A stretch of 64,000 nt of DNA, taken from IMG/VR virus record IMGVR_UViG_3300003873_000003, positions 32,001 through 96,000 of that record. The stretch is one strand, 5' to 3'. The position numbers and the translations under genes were made by a program. Within the stretch, counting starts at the first letter, position 1. The number at the start of each line of letters is the position of its first letter. The notes below the pieces were generated by a model that had not been told where the DNA came from, searched no databases, and worked only from the letters and a program-made list of their open reading frames with translations. Of this stretch, positions 7,994-17,625 are shown in pieces. The stretch comes from a virus.

Positions 7994-9138
7994 TTTGAAT
8001 CTCCATTTGAATCATTTACTTTCAGAATACACCGCTTTAAGGAGTACAAACGGTCAGGGTCAAGCAGGTCAAGATAGTCAGGATAAAACTTCACAGGATT
8101 TACATATTGTACTTCGGGCTTATACCCATCAGGCAAGTCACGTAAGGCGGCTTCAATAGCTTGATTGTAATAGTCACAGTAAGAAACAATATGCACAGGT
8201 TTATGTTTGATGATATACTTCCTAACCTGCTGCATAGCACGCCAGTCATTAGGCACGCCACTATCGTACATAGGTGCTACACCCCAGAGGTCTTGAGGTA
8301 CGATACCTAGAACACCAGTAACGATAGCAATAGTCCAAGTATCAATCCAGTCCTCATCAGGGGCTTCACAAGAAGCGAGTGTATCCATGACGGCTTTGTG
8401 CATAGGGGAAGGGTACGGCTTATCCGCAGCACATGGAACGAGTAGCAGATTCGAGGTTGGATTTGAAGGGCTATAATCATCTAAGTCCTCCAAGTAGTCC
8501 AGTACAGTTGGTCGGTGGAACCCTCCGTTGTTAGTCACCACGAAAGACTTATCATGCAACCCTACACACCAATGAGGCTGAAAGCCTTGCACATCAAGCT
8601 TCCACAAGAAATCCGTAAGCTCTGGGCGCATAGAGGCAGACCACTCGACAGCCGAGCGTGTAACCTCCAAATCAGTGAAAGTCAACGCCACGTCCTCCTC
8701 AAATTCTACAGTAGGTAACTGCACTTCAACCCCCATGTAACGCAAAAGCATACACCAAGAAGAGGGAGGATACTTCGCAATGACTTTAGGTGCATCTTTT
8801 AAGTCGCCCGTACATTGGGTCGGTAAGAGAGGAGCGAGCGTAGAAACGTACCCATCCTCATCCATGTTAAAGTCCCGCCATGTAAAGTTTGGGTTGGCAA
8901 GCTGGAACAGCTTTTTGAACAACGTCATGTAGCCTTGATAGGTGTCCTCATACGACTCGCCTTTATTAGGCGCACTCAAGTAAATGGTGTAAGTCTCTTG
9001 TGGGTCTTCGTCAGACAGACCTAGTGTGTGGTTACAAGGGTAACCAAACAGCTCACCGTGGATACAGGGGACTCCACTGACCTTTACGTGTGAGCTAAGG
9101 TCTTCGGGTGTAGGTGACGGTAGTTCTTGTTCATCCAT
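7990..9138 (-). CDS. archaeosine synthase ArcS-like (DUF5591-type) protein with an N-terminal extension
   Basis: LLLVPCAADKPYPSPMH, VTGVLGIVPQDL, PMYD match the ArcS PCxxxKPYxxSxxH...GxVP...YD core; 4-nt overlap with queC. Confidence 0.75.
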   Translation of the reverse strand: MDEQELPSPTPEDLSSHVKVSGVPCIHGELFGYPCNHTLGLSDEDPQETYTIYLSAPNKGESYEDTYQGYMTLFKKLFQLANPNFTWRDFNMDEDGYVSTLAPLLPTQCTGDLKDAPKVIAKYPPSSWCMLLRYMGVEVQLPTVEFEEDVALTFTDLEVTRSAVEWSASMRPELTDFLWKLDVQGFQPHWCVGLHDKSFVVTNNGGFHRPTVLDYLEDLDDYSPSNPTSNLLLVPCAADKPYPSPMHKAVMDTLASCEAPDEDWIDTWTIAIVTGVLGIVPQDLWGVAPMYDSGVPNDWRAMQQVRKYIIKHKPVHIVSYCDYYNQAIEAALRDLPDGYKPEVQYVNPVKFYPDYLDLLDPDRLYSLKRCILKVNDSNGDSK

Positions 9139-9195
9139 TGGTTTCTCTCCTCTTAATCATGCGGGTCTAATAACAATTCACTGCACTTGCGGTAC

Positions 9196-9203
9196 ATTTA
9201 CAG
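9196..9203 (-). promoter_or_regulatory. CTGTAAAT putative phage promoter heading the modification operon
   Basis: The same motif recurs in coding orientation upstream of more than 10 genes. Confidence 0.55.
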
Positions 9204-9226
9204 TTTATACGTTGAAAAAAATTAAC

Positions 9227-9268
9227 AAAAAAAAGCCGCCCTACCCTCACTTGGGTAAGACGGCTTTC
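9227..9268 (-). terminator. rho-independent terminator
   Basis: Hairpin (AAAGCCG...CGGCTTT) followed by a T-run on the - strand, after the 9284..9715 gene. Confidence 0.7.
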
Positions 9269-9283
9269 TAAGAGGTAAGCTAC

Positions 9284-9715
9284 TTAGCGAAGCTTACGGG
9301 ACTTCGGTTGCTTAGAAGCGTGACCTTGCTTCTTAGGTGCATCGGGTGCATCAGGTGCATCGGGTGCATCAGGTGCATCGGGTACATCAGAATTTACCCC
9401 TTCTTGACCGTCAACACCAGTATCCTGTGTTGAACCCTCGGTAGTAGACTCGGATTGGGCTTCCTTCCGAGACTTAACCAACGCAGTCAAAGCGTCCAAC
9501 GCATCTTGAGTAAGATGTGCAACACGAGGTAAGACAAACCGAATAGATGCAGCTAAGTAAGAATCCTGCGATACCTTACCCCACACGCCATCTAACTTGC
9601 CTAATGGGTACTCACCCAAGCTCTTGAGAGCCTTCTGACCTTCAAGGAACATGGTGTTTACTTCATGTTCCGAATTGCCTTCGTTATCAATAATACCTTT
9701 TCCTTCTTCACTCAT
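9284..9715 (-). CDS. hypothetical protein with (PDA)n repeat and basic tail
   Basis: AAGGAGG RBS; 9-nt tandem repeat encoding PDAPDAPDAPDAPDA. Confidence 0.75.
   Translation of the reverse strand: MSEEGKGIIDNEGNSEHEVNTMFLEGQKALKSLGEYPLGKLDGVWGKVSQDSYLAASIRFVLPRVAHLTQDALDALTALVKSRKEAQSESTTEGSTQDTGVDGQEGVNSDVPDAPDAPDAPDAPDAPKKQGHASKQPKSRKLR
9336..9389. repeat. 9-nt tandem repeat (ggtgcatcr), about 6 copies
   Basis: Seen directly in the sequence. Confidence 0.9.
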
Positions 9716-9739
9716 AATAGCCTCCTTTTAGCTACTTCG

Positions 9740-12700
9740 TTATTTGCTACGAACATGGATTGCCCGTAGTTCGTCCAACACGCCCTCTTTGTTGATGATA
9801 CCAACGTCACGAGAGATTGACTCCAGAACCTGTTTAGCTTCCGCAGGTGTCTTCAAGAACAAGAACTTGCGTGATGGCTCTAAACGGAACTTAACGCCGT
9901 TCACATGCAATGAAGGCAAGTGAACCGCACTAGGGGCACGATTAGATACAACAATATACAGCTCACCATCTTGAACCATTGGGTATGGCAACAACGTACC
10001 TTTAGGGATAGGTTTCTTCTTCAAGTTCCAGAAGTTCACAATATCCTTCCAGTTAGACCGTGAGATGTCACTGATACGCTTGTTACGTGGCAGCATCTCC
10101 AAGAAGTCCTCAAGCTTGTCCATGCGAGATTGAGGTATGTTGAACGTGATACCTTTACGCTTGCCATTGGATTTCTTAGACTTCTTAACTGTAGGTGCCA
10201 CAGTGCTATCAGCAGGAATACCTGCTAAGAAAGCATCCAACAATTCATCAAGCTGCTTACGCTTAGTAATGTGAGCAGCCCAATAAGCACCAACATCCTT
10301 GAAGCCATGCTTGGATAGAACGCCTGCATCAGGGTCATCACTAAGAACAGACAACACTAGATGCTCATTGAAGCTTCCTGCATACAACTCGACACCTTCG
10401 TCCTCTTCGTCAATCTCCTCCCCGAATGGTGAGGCAGAAGACTTAGCCTTGCCTTTAGCCTTAACCTTAGCTTTAGGCTTGCGAGTCTTACGTGGCTCGG
10501 CAGGCTCATCAGCAGATTCATCCTCGCCGTCAGCCCAGCTATCAATGTCCTCATCAGTAAACCCATCGGACTCGTCATCGTCTTCTTCGATTTCAAACTC
10601 GTCATCGTCTTCTTCGATTTCAAACTCGCCGTCATCGTCTTCTTCAAGTTCTTCTTCAAAGCCATCGAACATGGATTTGCCTGATACACTCAACATGTCG
10701 TCCCACAAGCTTTCGCCTTCCTCACTAACTTCATCCTCGAAGCGGAAGAATACGCTAGTAATAGGGAACGATACTTTGCGTTTGCCACCAGCAAGCATAA
10801 CTTGTAGGCGGGTCTTACCAACCTTAGTTACCATGCCAGCACCAAGCTCTGTAAGCACAGTCTCACCATACAGTGAGTTCTCATCACCTTCATGGCGTGT
10901 AAGAAACTCGCCTACAGTAACCAACCCTAGGGCTTCGGCGTTCGGCAGGCTTTCAGGTGACATGCCGGGGATAAACGGCTGGTCATCGAGTTCCTTGTAG
11001 TCCTTCGGTGCAGGAAGAGCCACCACAGGAATCATCTCGGGGAACTCTTTGCGTTTAGCTTCAAACTCCCTATCCTCAAACTCCTTGATGCCTTGGTAAC
11101 CATCGAGGTACTTAGCTAAGGATTCTTGAGTCCTAAATTGGTCAAAACTCTGGGTATTCATGGTGATAGTACCAAGAGACTCAAACGCATTGCTGTCATA
11201 GTAAGGGTTGTCAGCTTCCGTAAAGTTCAGGTTACTGATAGTCTTACTAATCAAGCGGGCTGTCTTAGCCATCTCCATACTACCTTCGATAACGAGCCAG
11301 TCAAAGTAGATAACCTTGCCTGCATCGAAGTTATTAACATCAGGGCGGAAGATACGAGACAATGCTTGGTCGTGGTCTCCTGGAGCCCATACAGACTGCA
11401 CACGAATCAACCGAGTACAGAACTGGAAGTTGAAGCCAGTGTTAAGGGTCTTCTCCGTTGCAAACAAAACAACCTTGTTAGGGTCAGTGTAAAAAGAAGA
11501 CAAATCAGTTTTGTGCTTACCATGGTAAAGGATAGCTTTATCGCCATGACGGGATGCTTCCATCAAGTGTTCCACAGCAGATACGTTTGTTGTGAACACA
11601 AGAATCTTACCTTTTGAAGCTTCTGGGTCTGCCAAATGAGCATCAATCAGGTCATCCACCATCTTCACTTTAGGGCTGATTAAGTCTTCGCCTTCCAACA
11701 ACTCACGACCACCATCGGAAGTGCTTGGGTCCACTACAAACTGCTCTAGGTCAGTCAATGAGTTCATCAACTTGGATTCAAGCATCTTCATAGAGGCAGC
11801 ATCTTTCTTGCGGAGTAACGCCTTGTAAGCGGGGTCAGATTTAACCTTCTCCAACGCTTCTTGCAACATCAAGTCATGCGTTGTTTGTTGGTTAGGGCTG
11901 AACTTACCAAAGTGCATCTTCTCAACCAACGTAGGTAACATAAACGCCCAGTCACTACGTTTCGCACTCAAAGAGGCAGCGTATGGTGCTAAGGTATCCT
12001 GAATAGCTTTAGCCGACTGAGGGGTCAACGCACCATTCTCATTCATAAACTTAGCTTTGAAGTTATTGACGTTATAGAAGATAGAGCCGTCAATAAGGTT
12101 CCCAAGACCTACCAAGTCAGCAACAGTGTTAGACACCAAAGTACCTGATGCGAACCGCTTGTACTTAGCCCCCATGATAATACGGTTAGCCGCAATACTA
12201 CGTTGGCTAGTAGGGTTCTTCAAGTTGTGGCTTTCATCCATAACAACTAAATCACACCCCAACTCTGCTATCTTGATAGCATTCAAGTAAAGGTCAACAT
12301 GCTCACCGCCGAACGCAACGGAGGACTTGTTAGACATACTCAAGAAGTTGTACGACACAAGGAAGATAGTGTTACGAGGTGCAGCCTTCGCCATCTCGAA
12401 TAGGTCACGACCTTCACGCTCCCAAAGGTTCACTGTATCAGAGTGGAAAGGGAAGAAGTTGATATTACCATGTGTGAATTTGCGAATCTCGCCTGCCCAT
12501 TGCGACAATAACTGCCCTGGAGCTAACAAGATAGGACGTTTCACACGACCTTCACTCATCATAGTCAAGATGTCCAAAATAGACATACATGTTTTACCAC
12601 CCCCAGGCTGTACAGACATCATAGCCGCAGGTGAGATACCGTCATCGTCAAGCTTGTGCAAAATCTTGGCTTGGTGAGGGAACACTTTAGTCCCAGGAGC

Positions 12701-14572
12701 CACACCAGCGATTTCCAAAGGTACTTTAGCTTCCTCTGCACTAACTACAGCCTTGTTCTTCTTACACAATTCAGCGTAGTCAGATTTCAGCTTGTTGATA
12801 GAATCAATATCGCCATATTTACGAATCCACACAAAGAAAGGATGGTTACGCAAAGCAGTGGTGTACGTGTGGGTCTTAGACAACACAGCAACATCATCGA
12901 AGGGATGACGAAGATACTCGACCACAGTAGCGCAAACAGCACGCTGAACGAAAGCATCGGGCAAGTATGTATCAGGGTCTAGTTCATCTGTAGAGAACAA
13001 GTCCTTAGAAGCCAGTGGAAGACGACCGTTACTATCAACAGAAAGGAAGTCAGCACCAGTTAAGGTATCACGTGGACCACGACCTGCATATTGGCTCAAG
13101 AATAAATCAGCAGCTTTAGCTAAGCGAGCAGCATCCTTCCCACCATACTTCAACTTGCCTACATCTTCCATTGCTTTCGCAAACATGGTTTCCCACAAGT
13201 CATGCAGTTCAGGGGTTGCGCCCATATAACCAAGAATAAGCAAATACGTGTCTAGGTTCTTAGACAACAAGTAACGGATAACGTAGGCATGAGGCGGCTT
13301 AACACACCCACGAAGGTTAGTGGTGACAGGAGTCAAACTCGAATGGTCTATAGTCAAGTAAAGCTCTGATACCCAATCCTCATAAATAGGTAATGCTTTA
13401 ACTGCACCCAAGATAGCCCGATACTTATCCTTATGTTCTGAATCAACATCGGAAACACCATAGATAACTTTACCCGTCTCGGGGTTATACAAGCTATCCA
13501 TCAGGTCGTAGTATGCAGCAACAGCACCTTTACTCACAGGTGGTAAGTACATGCACTGACCCGAACTCAAGATAACGATGCGCTCGTCCTCATCGTAACG
13601 ACCTTTCAGGTGAGGTGAGTTTGGAACACTAGACTCCAAGTTCTCCAATGTAACGTTGCGAGCCATAGGCTTAGGCTTATCACGTTGCTTTCCGCTAGGG
13701 ATAAAGCGGCTTGCCCACTCGTAAGCAGGTGCAATGCGGAAGTTGTCCTCGGTAGTACCCGTACCCCATTCAAGTAATGCCTTTGGTACATTGATTGTCA
13801 TGTGTCCCCTGACAGTACCTTCAATAACATAGGCTTGTCTTCCAGTGCGCAGAAACACGGAAGTAGAGTTCTTCTCAATGCTATACTCGGAGTTACCATC
13901 CTCGTCTTCTTCCAAAGCAACCTTAGAATCAAGTTCCATGGTCAGCTTGATTGTTGGAGACAGTAGCTCCATCATAGACTCGGCAGCAGCACCTCGGAAG
14001 CTGTTAGGCGCACCGACAGTATCACCGATGTCATCATCGCTATCAAGTGTAGGAAGCAATACGGACTCTTCTGATAACGCATCCATCCAAGCGTCAATAG
14101 GCAACTCGATAGAAGCAGTACCGCCTTGCTTGACGGCAGAACGCCATAAGTCAGCCAGTTCTTCGACAGCAGGTGCAGGAGCATCAGCGATGCGAGCCAC
14201 ACGGATGAAACCTAGACTGTAGGTAATATCATACGATGTGCCATCGTCATTCTCCAACATGACAATGCGTTCTTTCTTAGAAGCCTCCATGACACGACTT
14301 AGAATACTACCGTCATTGACGCTAGGAAACAAAGAGTCATTCTTAATCAAGAACTTAGAGTCCCGTTGCAAGTCCTTCATAGGGCGAGGGTCTTGCAGGT
14401 GTTGGTAGGCACACACGGCAGTGCGTTTTGCACTGTAATAAAACGGCTCGAAGTTGGATGCCAAGGTCTCACCTAGGCTATCAACGCCAAGGGCATATCT
14501 GCTATTTCGGGATTTCTTTGCGGACGTTACAGGTGTAACATCACGATGGGAGCTTTGGCTTCCACTAAACAT
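9740..14572 (-). CDS. large SNF2/SWI2-family helicase/ATPase
   Basis: FPHQ, QPGGGKT, QWAGEIRKF, DESHNLKN, SGT, SPKV, GFNFQ, QALSRIFR; acidic then basic tract near the C-terminus; GGAGG RBS before 14572. Confidence 0.9.
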   Translation of the reverse strand: MFSGSQSSHRDVTPVTSAKKSRNSRYALGVDSLGETLASNFEPFYYSAKRTAVCAYQHLQDPRPMKDLQRDSKFLIKNDSLFPSVNDGSILSRVMEASKKERIVMLENDDGTSYDITYSLGFIRVARIADAPAPAVEELADLWRSAVKQGGTASIELPIDAWMDALSEESVLLPTLDSDDDIGDTVGAPNSFRGAAAESMMELLSPTIKLTMELDSKVALEEDEDGNSEYSIEKNSTSVFLRTGRQAYVIEGTVRGHMTINVPKALLEWGTGTTEDNFRIAPAYEWASRFIPSGKQRDKPKPMARNVTLENLESSVPNSPHLKGRYDEDERIVILSSGQCMYLPPVSKGAVAAYYDLMDSLYNPETGKVIYGVSDVDSEHKDKYRAILGAVKALPIYEDWVSELYLTIDHSSLTPVTTNLRGCVKPPHAYVIRYLLSKNLDTYLLILGYMGATPELHDLWETMFAKAMEDVGKLKYGGKDAARLAKAADLFLSQYAGRGPRDTLTGADFLSVDSNGRLPLASKDLFSTDELDPDTYLPDAFVQRAVCATVVEYLRHPFDDVAVLSKTHTYTTALRNHPFFVWIRKYGDIDSINKLKSDYAELCKKNKAVVSAEEAKVPLEIAGVAPGTKVFPHQAKILHKLDDDGISPAAMMSVQPGGGKTCMSILDILTMMSEGRVKRPILLAPGQLLSQWAGEIRKFTHGNINFFPFHSDTVNLWEREGRDLFEMAKAAPRNTIFLVSYNFLSMSNKSSVAFGGEHVDLYLNAIKIAELGCDLVVMDESHNLKNPTSQRSIAANRIIMGAKYKRFASGTLVSNTVADLVGLGNLIDGSIFYNVNNFKAKFMNENGALTPQSAKAIQDTLAPYAASLSAKRSDWAFMLPTLVEKMHFGKFSPNQQTTHDLMLQEALEKVKSDPAYKALLRKKDAASMKMLESKLMNSLTDLEQFVVDPSTSDGGRELLEGEDLISPKVKMVDDLIDAHLADPEASKGKILVFTTNVSAVEHLMEASRHGDKAILYHGKHKTDLSSFYTDPNKVVLFATEKTLNTGFNFQFCTRLIRVQSVWAPGDHDQALSRIFRPDVNNFDAGKVIYFDWLVIEGSMEMAKTARLISKTISNLNFTEADNPYYDSNAFESLGTITMNTQSFDQFRTQESLAKYLDGYQGIKEFEDREFEAKRKEFPEMIPVVALPAPKDYKELDDQPFIPGMSPESLPNAEALGLVTVGEFLTRHEGDENSLYGETVLTELGAGMVTKVGKTRLQVMLAGGKRKVSFPITSVFFRFEDEVSEEGESLWDDMLSVSGKSMFDGFEEELEEDDDGEFEIEEDDDEFEIEEDDDESDGFTDEDIDSWADGEDESADEPAEPRKTRKPKAKVKAKGKAKSSASPFGEEIDEEDEGVELYAGSFNEHLVLSVLSDDPDAGVLSKHGFKDVGAYWAAHITKRKQLDELLDAFLAGIPADSTVAPTVKKSKKSNGKRKGITFNIPQSRMDKLEDFLEMLPRNKRISDISRSNWKDIVNFWNLKKKPIPKGTLLPYPMVQDGELYIVVSNRAPSAVHLPSLHVNGVKFRLEPSRKFLFLKTPAEAKQVLESISRDVGIINKEGVLDELRAIHVRSK

Positions 14573-14945
14573 TATCACTTCCTCCTTCGTATAAAGAGAA
14601 CTCATAAGCACCCTGCGAAACACTGTCCCACAAAGGGCTATTAGGGGTGTACTCGCCTAACTCGGATAGTAGGGTATCTGCAAGCTCTTTGGCGGCATCT
14701 TCGCCAAAGAGTAACGCAGCTCTATCAAAATAGGCACTATCATAGAAGCTGTAATCACCGATAGACGACAACATCTCGTCCCGCATAGCTTCTAACGCAG
14801 GCGCAAGGGCATCGAGCTTACGCTGGGCAACTAAACCAGCTCGCTTACTACGAGCTAAATCCAACGTAAGCCTATCCAGTTCGGCTACGAGTTCTTCTTT
14901 CGTACTATCATGGGTATAAGCCATAACAGGTATGTATGCTTTCAT
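14565..14945 (-). CDS. hypothetical protein
   Basis: AAGGAG RBS, overlaps the helicase start. Confidence 0.7.
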   Translation of the reverse strand: MKAYIPVMAYTHDSTKEELVAELDRLTLDLARSKRAGLVAQRKLDALAPALEAMRDEMLSSIGDYSFYDSAYFDRAALLFGEDAAKELADTLLSELGEYTPNSPLWDSVSQGAYEFSLYEGGSDNV

Positions 14946-14978
14946 ATAATACTCTCCTTTACTGCGCACCAAAATAAA

Positions 14979-15662
14979 TTAAGGCAACAGTCTTTCTTTT
15001 ATCTCATCCTGCATGGCTTTCACTGACGTGTTTACCATACCAGCATGTCTCTCAATCATATTGTTTATGAGGGCTTTAATCTCCTTCCGATGCTTCGGTG
15101 GAACGATAGCCTTCAAGTCATCTTGTAAGTTGCAGGACTCTTCAAGAAGATTCTGCATCTGCTTTGTAGCGTTAGGCATGATGATGTCTTTGGTAATAAC
15201 TTCGGCTTGGGCTTCTAAGTCTGCTACAGCTCGTATTTCAGAAGCCAAATCCCTCGCCGTGCCAGTCAAAGCTATGAATAGGTAACCCATCGTAGTGTTC
15301 GTTGGGTCGTCATCAATCTCGGCTTTGGTCTTAGGTATTAAGTCAAGAACATCGTCAAGGATAACCGAGTACATACTAACACAGGTATCTGACTTCTCCT
15401 GACCCCCAAGGGACTTACGAAGCTTTTTATACTCACGCTCTGCGGCTTCTAGCTTCGCCGCAACACGCTTCTGCCGCTTCTCACGAGCAGACTCTTTTGC
15501 TGCTTCCGCATCAGAACCCCCACGATTACCATCACGACCTCCGCCTACATCACGCAAGCTACGAACCTTGGTCGGGGCTCGGTCTCTCTTTGAACTAACA
15601 GGTGCTGCCATTACTATACACCTCCTCTTGTATTGAACTCTTACGAAAGAATTAGAGTCCAT
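14979..15662 (-). CDS. hypothetical helical protein (likely start near 15611)
   Basis: Long ORF; GAGGAGG RBS before MAAP. Confidence 0.7.
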   Translation of the reverse strand: MDSNSFVRVQYKRRCIVMAAPVSSKRDRAPTKVRSLRDVGGGRDGNRGGSDAEAAKESAREKRQKRVAAKLEAAEREYKKLRKSLGGQEKSDTCVSMYSVILDDVLDLIPKTKAEIDDDPTNTTMGYLFIALTGTARDLASEIRAVADLEAQAEVITKDIIMPNATKQMQNLLEESCNLQDDLKAIVPPKHRKEIKALINNMIERHAGMVNTSVKAMQDEIKERLLP

Positions 15663-15668
15663 AACCTA

Positions 15669-15709
15669 GAAAAGCAACCACACGCAATAGTCGCTTGTGG
15701 TTGCTTTTC
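15669..15709. terminator. hairpin terminator
   Basis: GAAAAGCAACCAC...GTGGTTGCTTTTC inverted repeat. Confidence 0.65.
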
Positions 15710-15712
15710 TGA

Positions 15713-16327
15713 TTAAAGTATGTTCGTTGAACCCAAAAAAGAGTCCACGTTTTTGACCAACGTAGCCATAGTAGCAACCGAAGTAGAGTCAGGGTCTCCT
15801 ATCGGGTTGGTTACCTGCCAATCAGACAAACTACGAAGCTCCTGCTGCTCGGCATCTAGTGCTATGCCTACAGATGCGGCGGAAGGTAGAAACGGTGCGT
15901 CAACATGCAAGTGATAGATGCGGTTACCTGATGCAGTAATGCGACCGTAGTCACTAACCGTCCTAAGCCCAGACAGCGCAACGATAACACTCTTAGAGGC
16001 TGCAACGTCCTCAAGTGATTTCTCCAAAACACACTTGTTGTACAGAAAACGGGAACGAAAGTACACCTCAATCTCGTGGTACAAGGCGGTTGCCGATAGC
16101 TGCTTTCCATTAAAGTCACCAACTACAGTAGAAGAACAAGACTGATGCAGGGACTCCAATTCAGCAATTGGTTTGTTTGAAATAGCTGATGCCAACTCTT
16201 TCATCACACGGTAAATCTCGACATGTGCCACAGGGAAGAAGGGCGACCGCAGCTTAGAGCTAATGAGGTTACCTACAGTCGATTTGCCCGAACAAGCGTT
16301 CCCCGAGATTAAGACTATCGTAGTCAT
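15713..16327 (-). CDS. P-loop nucleotide kinase (dNMP kinase-like)
   Basis: N-terminal ISGNACSGKST; SGLR..DY resembles the SDxRF motif. Confidence 0.65.
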   Translation of the reverse strand: MTTIVLISGNACSGKSTVGNLISSKLRSPFFPVAHVEIYRVMKELASAISNKPIAELESLHQSCSSTVVGDFNGKQLSATALYHEIEVYFRSRFLYNKCVLEKSLEDVAASKSVIVALSGLRTVSDYGRITASGNRIYHLHVDAPFLPSAASVGIALDAEQQELRSLSDWQVTNPIGDPDSTSVATMATLVKNVDSFLGSTNIL

Positions 16328-16638
16328 TGTAGCGTGCCAAACACAGAATCTTTGGGATGGTAAGGCGCAGTCAACTTCACATACTTACCCATCAAATGAT
16401 AGTCTTGGAAAGTAATAAGTCCCGACTTCCAAGCTGCATCTCTATGAGAGGCACGCACTTCCCAAAGACCTAAAGGGCAAGATACAACAGTGTACCCTTG
16501 GGACTCCGTTACAATGGCATGGCGAAGGAAGTCTGCCAGTATAGACAGGCTTATACTACGCCGCTCTTTCAACAGCGCATTGCGAATATCATAATCATCA
16601 TCGGTTTGAGGGGAGTCACAGAACATACGACACCACAT
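16324..16638 (-). CDS. hypothetical protein
   Basis: 4-nt overlap with the kinase gene. Confidence 0.55.
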   Translation of the reverse strand: MWCRMFCDSPQTDDDYDIRNALLKERRSISLSILADFLRHAIVTESQGYTVVSCPLGLWEVRASHRDAAWKSGLITFQDYHLMGKYVKLTAPYHPKDSVFGTLQ

Positions 16639-16756
16639 AGTTGCACAGAAAGTAGTACCCTAAACAAACGGTTGCTGTAACCGCTATAGACCCCAAGTTG
16701 ATAGCAGGCTTTCTTGAAAGTGCAGTAAAACACAACTCATATCCAGTAATCTTCAT
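16616..16756 (-). CDS. small hydrophobic protein (46 aa, not in the ORF track)
   Basis: GGAGG RBS; MKITGYELCFTALSRKPAINLGSIAVTATVCLGYYFLCNYVVSYVL. Confidence 0.5.
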   Translation of the reverse strand: MKITGYELCFTALSRKPAINLGSIAVTATVCLGYYFLCNYVVSYVL

Positions 16757-16819
16757 ATAAGATACCTCCCCAGTTTCGTATAGCACCTATTGACTATACA
16801 GAGTTTTTCTAAAAGTTAT

Positions 16820-17254
16820 TTACACTTTGTTGCAGATATTGCACGCAGCTTTAACAATCGCCACCTTGTAGTCGTTTGACCTAGAGGCTACACCCCCGTC
16901 ATGTTTTCCTGCTAAGTAAAAGCGACTATCAGCAGGGTCAACCTTAACCCAAAGGTTAAAGGCGAGCATGACGTGCATAGAGTCATAGTCAGAGCGAAGT
17001 GGGTTAAACTGCCGAGTACCTTGAATAAGTACAGCAAGGTCGCCTGTAGCTTTTGCATGGTCGGAAGATGAAGCCCGTCTGTGCAAATGAGGTGTAGATA
17101 AAGTACCCACACTGACAGACTCATCAGGATAGGTGATAGATGCCAGCTTCACCAGTAGTTCGAGCGAGTGTACACATACATCATCGCACGCTTTTTTCGT
17201 AGTCATGTTACGTTTCTCCAATAAAAAATGCAGCCGTGTTTGGTTTAGGAACAC
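16820..17254 (-). CDS. hypothetical protein
   Basis: ORF within a co-directional block. Confidence 0.6.
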   Translation of the reverse strand: MFLNQTRLHFLLEKRNMTTKKACDDVCVHSLELLVKLASITYPDESVSVGTLSTPHLHRRASSSDHAKATGDLAVLIQGTRQFNPLRSDYDSMHVMLAFNLWVKVDPADSRFYLAGKHDGGVASRSNDYKVAIVKAACNICNKV

Positions 17255-17280
17255 GGCTGCATCAAATTAACCAACAAAGT

Positions 17281-17625
17281 TTAATGTCGGATGATAGGGC
17301 TGCTAAAATCAGGTCGTACAACCTTACTGAATTGGGCATCATACAGGTCAACAATGTTAGTATCTGTAACAGGCTCAATAAACAGGACTTTATCACGACC
17401 AACTGTAATACTTTCCAACATAGGCATGTAAGGAGCGAACCCCAGTTGGTCACGCACTGGAACCATCTGCAAACTGTTCTTCAAAATAACGGACGATGAC
17501 GTTTCCGTTACAGTAGAAAGAACCTTCTCACCACTTATGAATGCTACGACACGTAGCCCTGCGCTGTCTTCTTCTCTTAACATATTGCTATTCTCCTTTA
17601 GGGGATTTACTACCGATAGTAGCAA
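17281..17625 (-). CDS. Sm-like fold protein resembling those of T4-like phages (likely start near 17583)
   Basis: FISGEKV...LKN...GFAPYMP...VLFI...YDAQFS..VRP pattern. Confidence 0.5.
   Translation of the reverse strand: MLLSVVNPLKENSNMLREEDSAGLRVVAFISGEKVLSTVTETSSSVILKNSLQMVPVRDQLGFAPYMPMLESITVGRDKVLFIEPVTDTNIVDLYDAQFSKVVRPDFSSPIIRH

Noticed and set aside
10299-11000. Ser-rich + strand ORF
   Set aside because: Antisense to the acidic tract of the SNF2 gene, which includes a 27-nt duplication at 10571-10628
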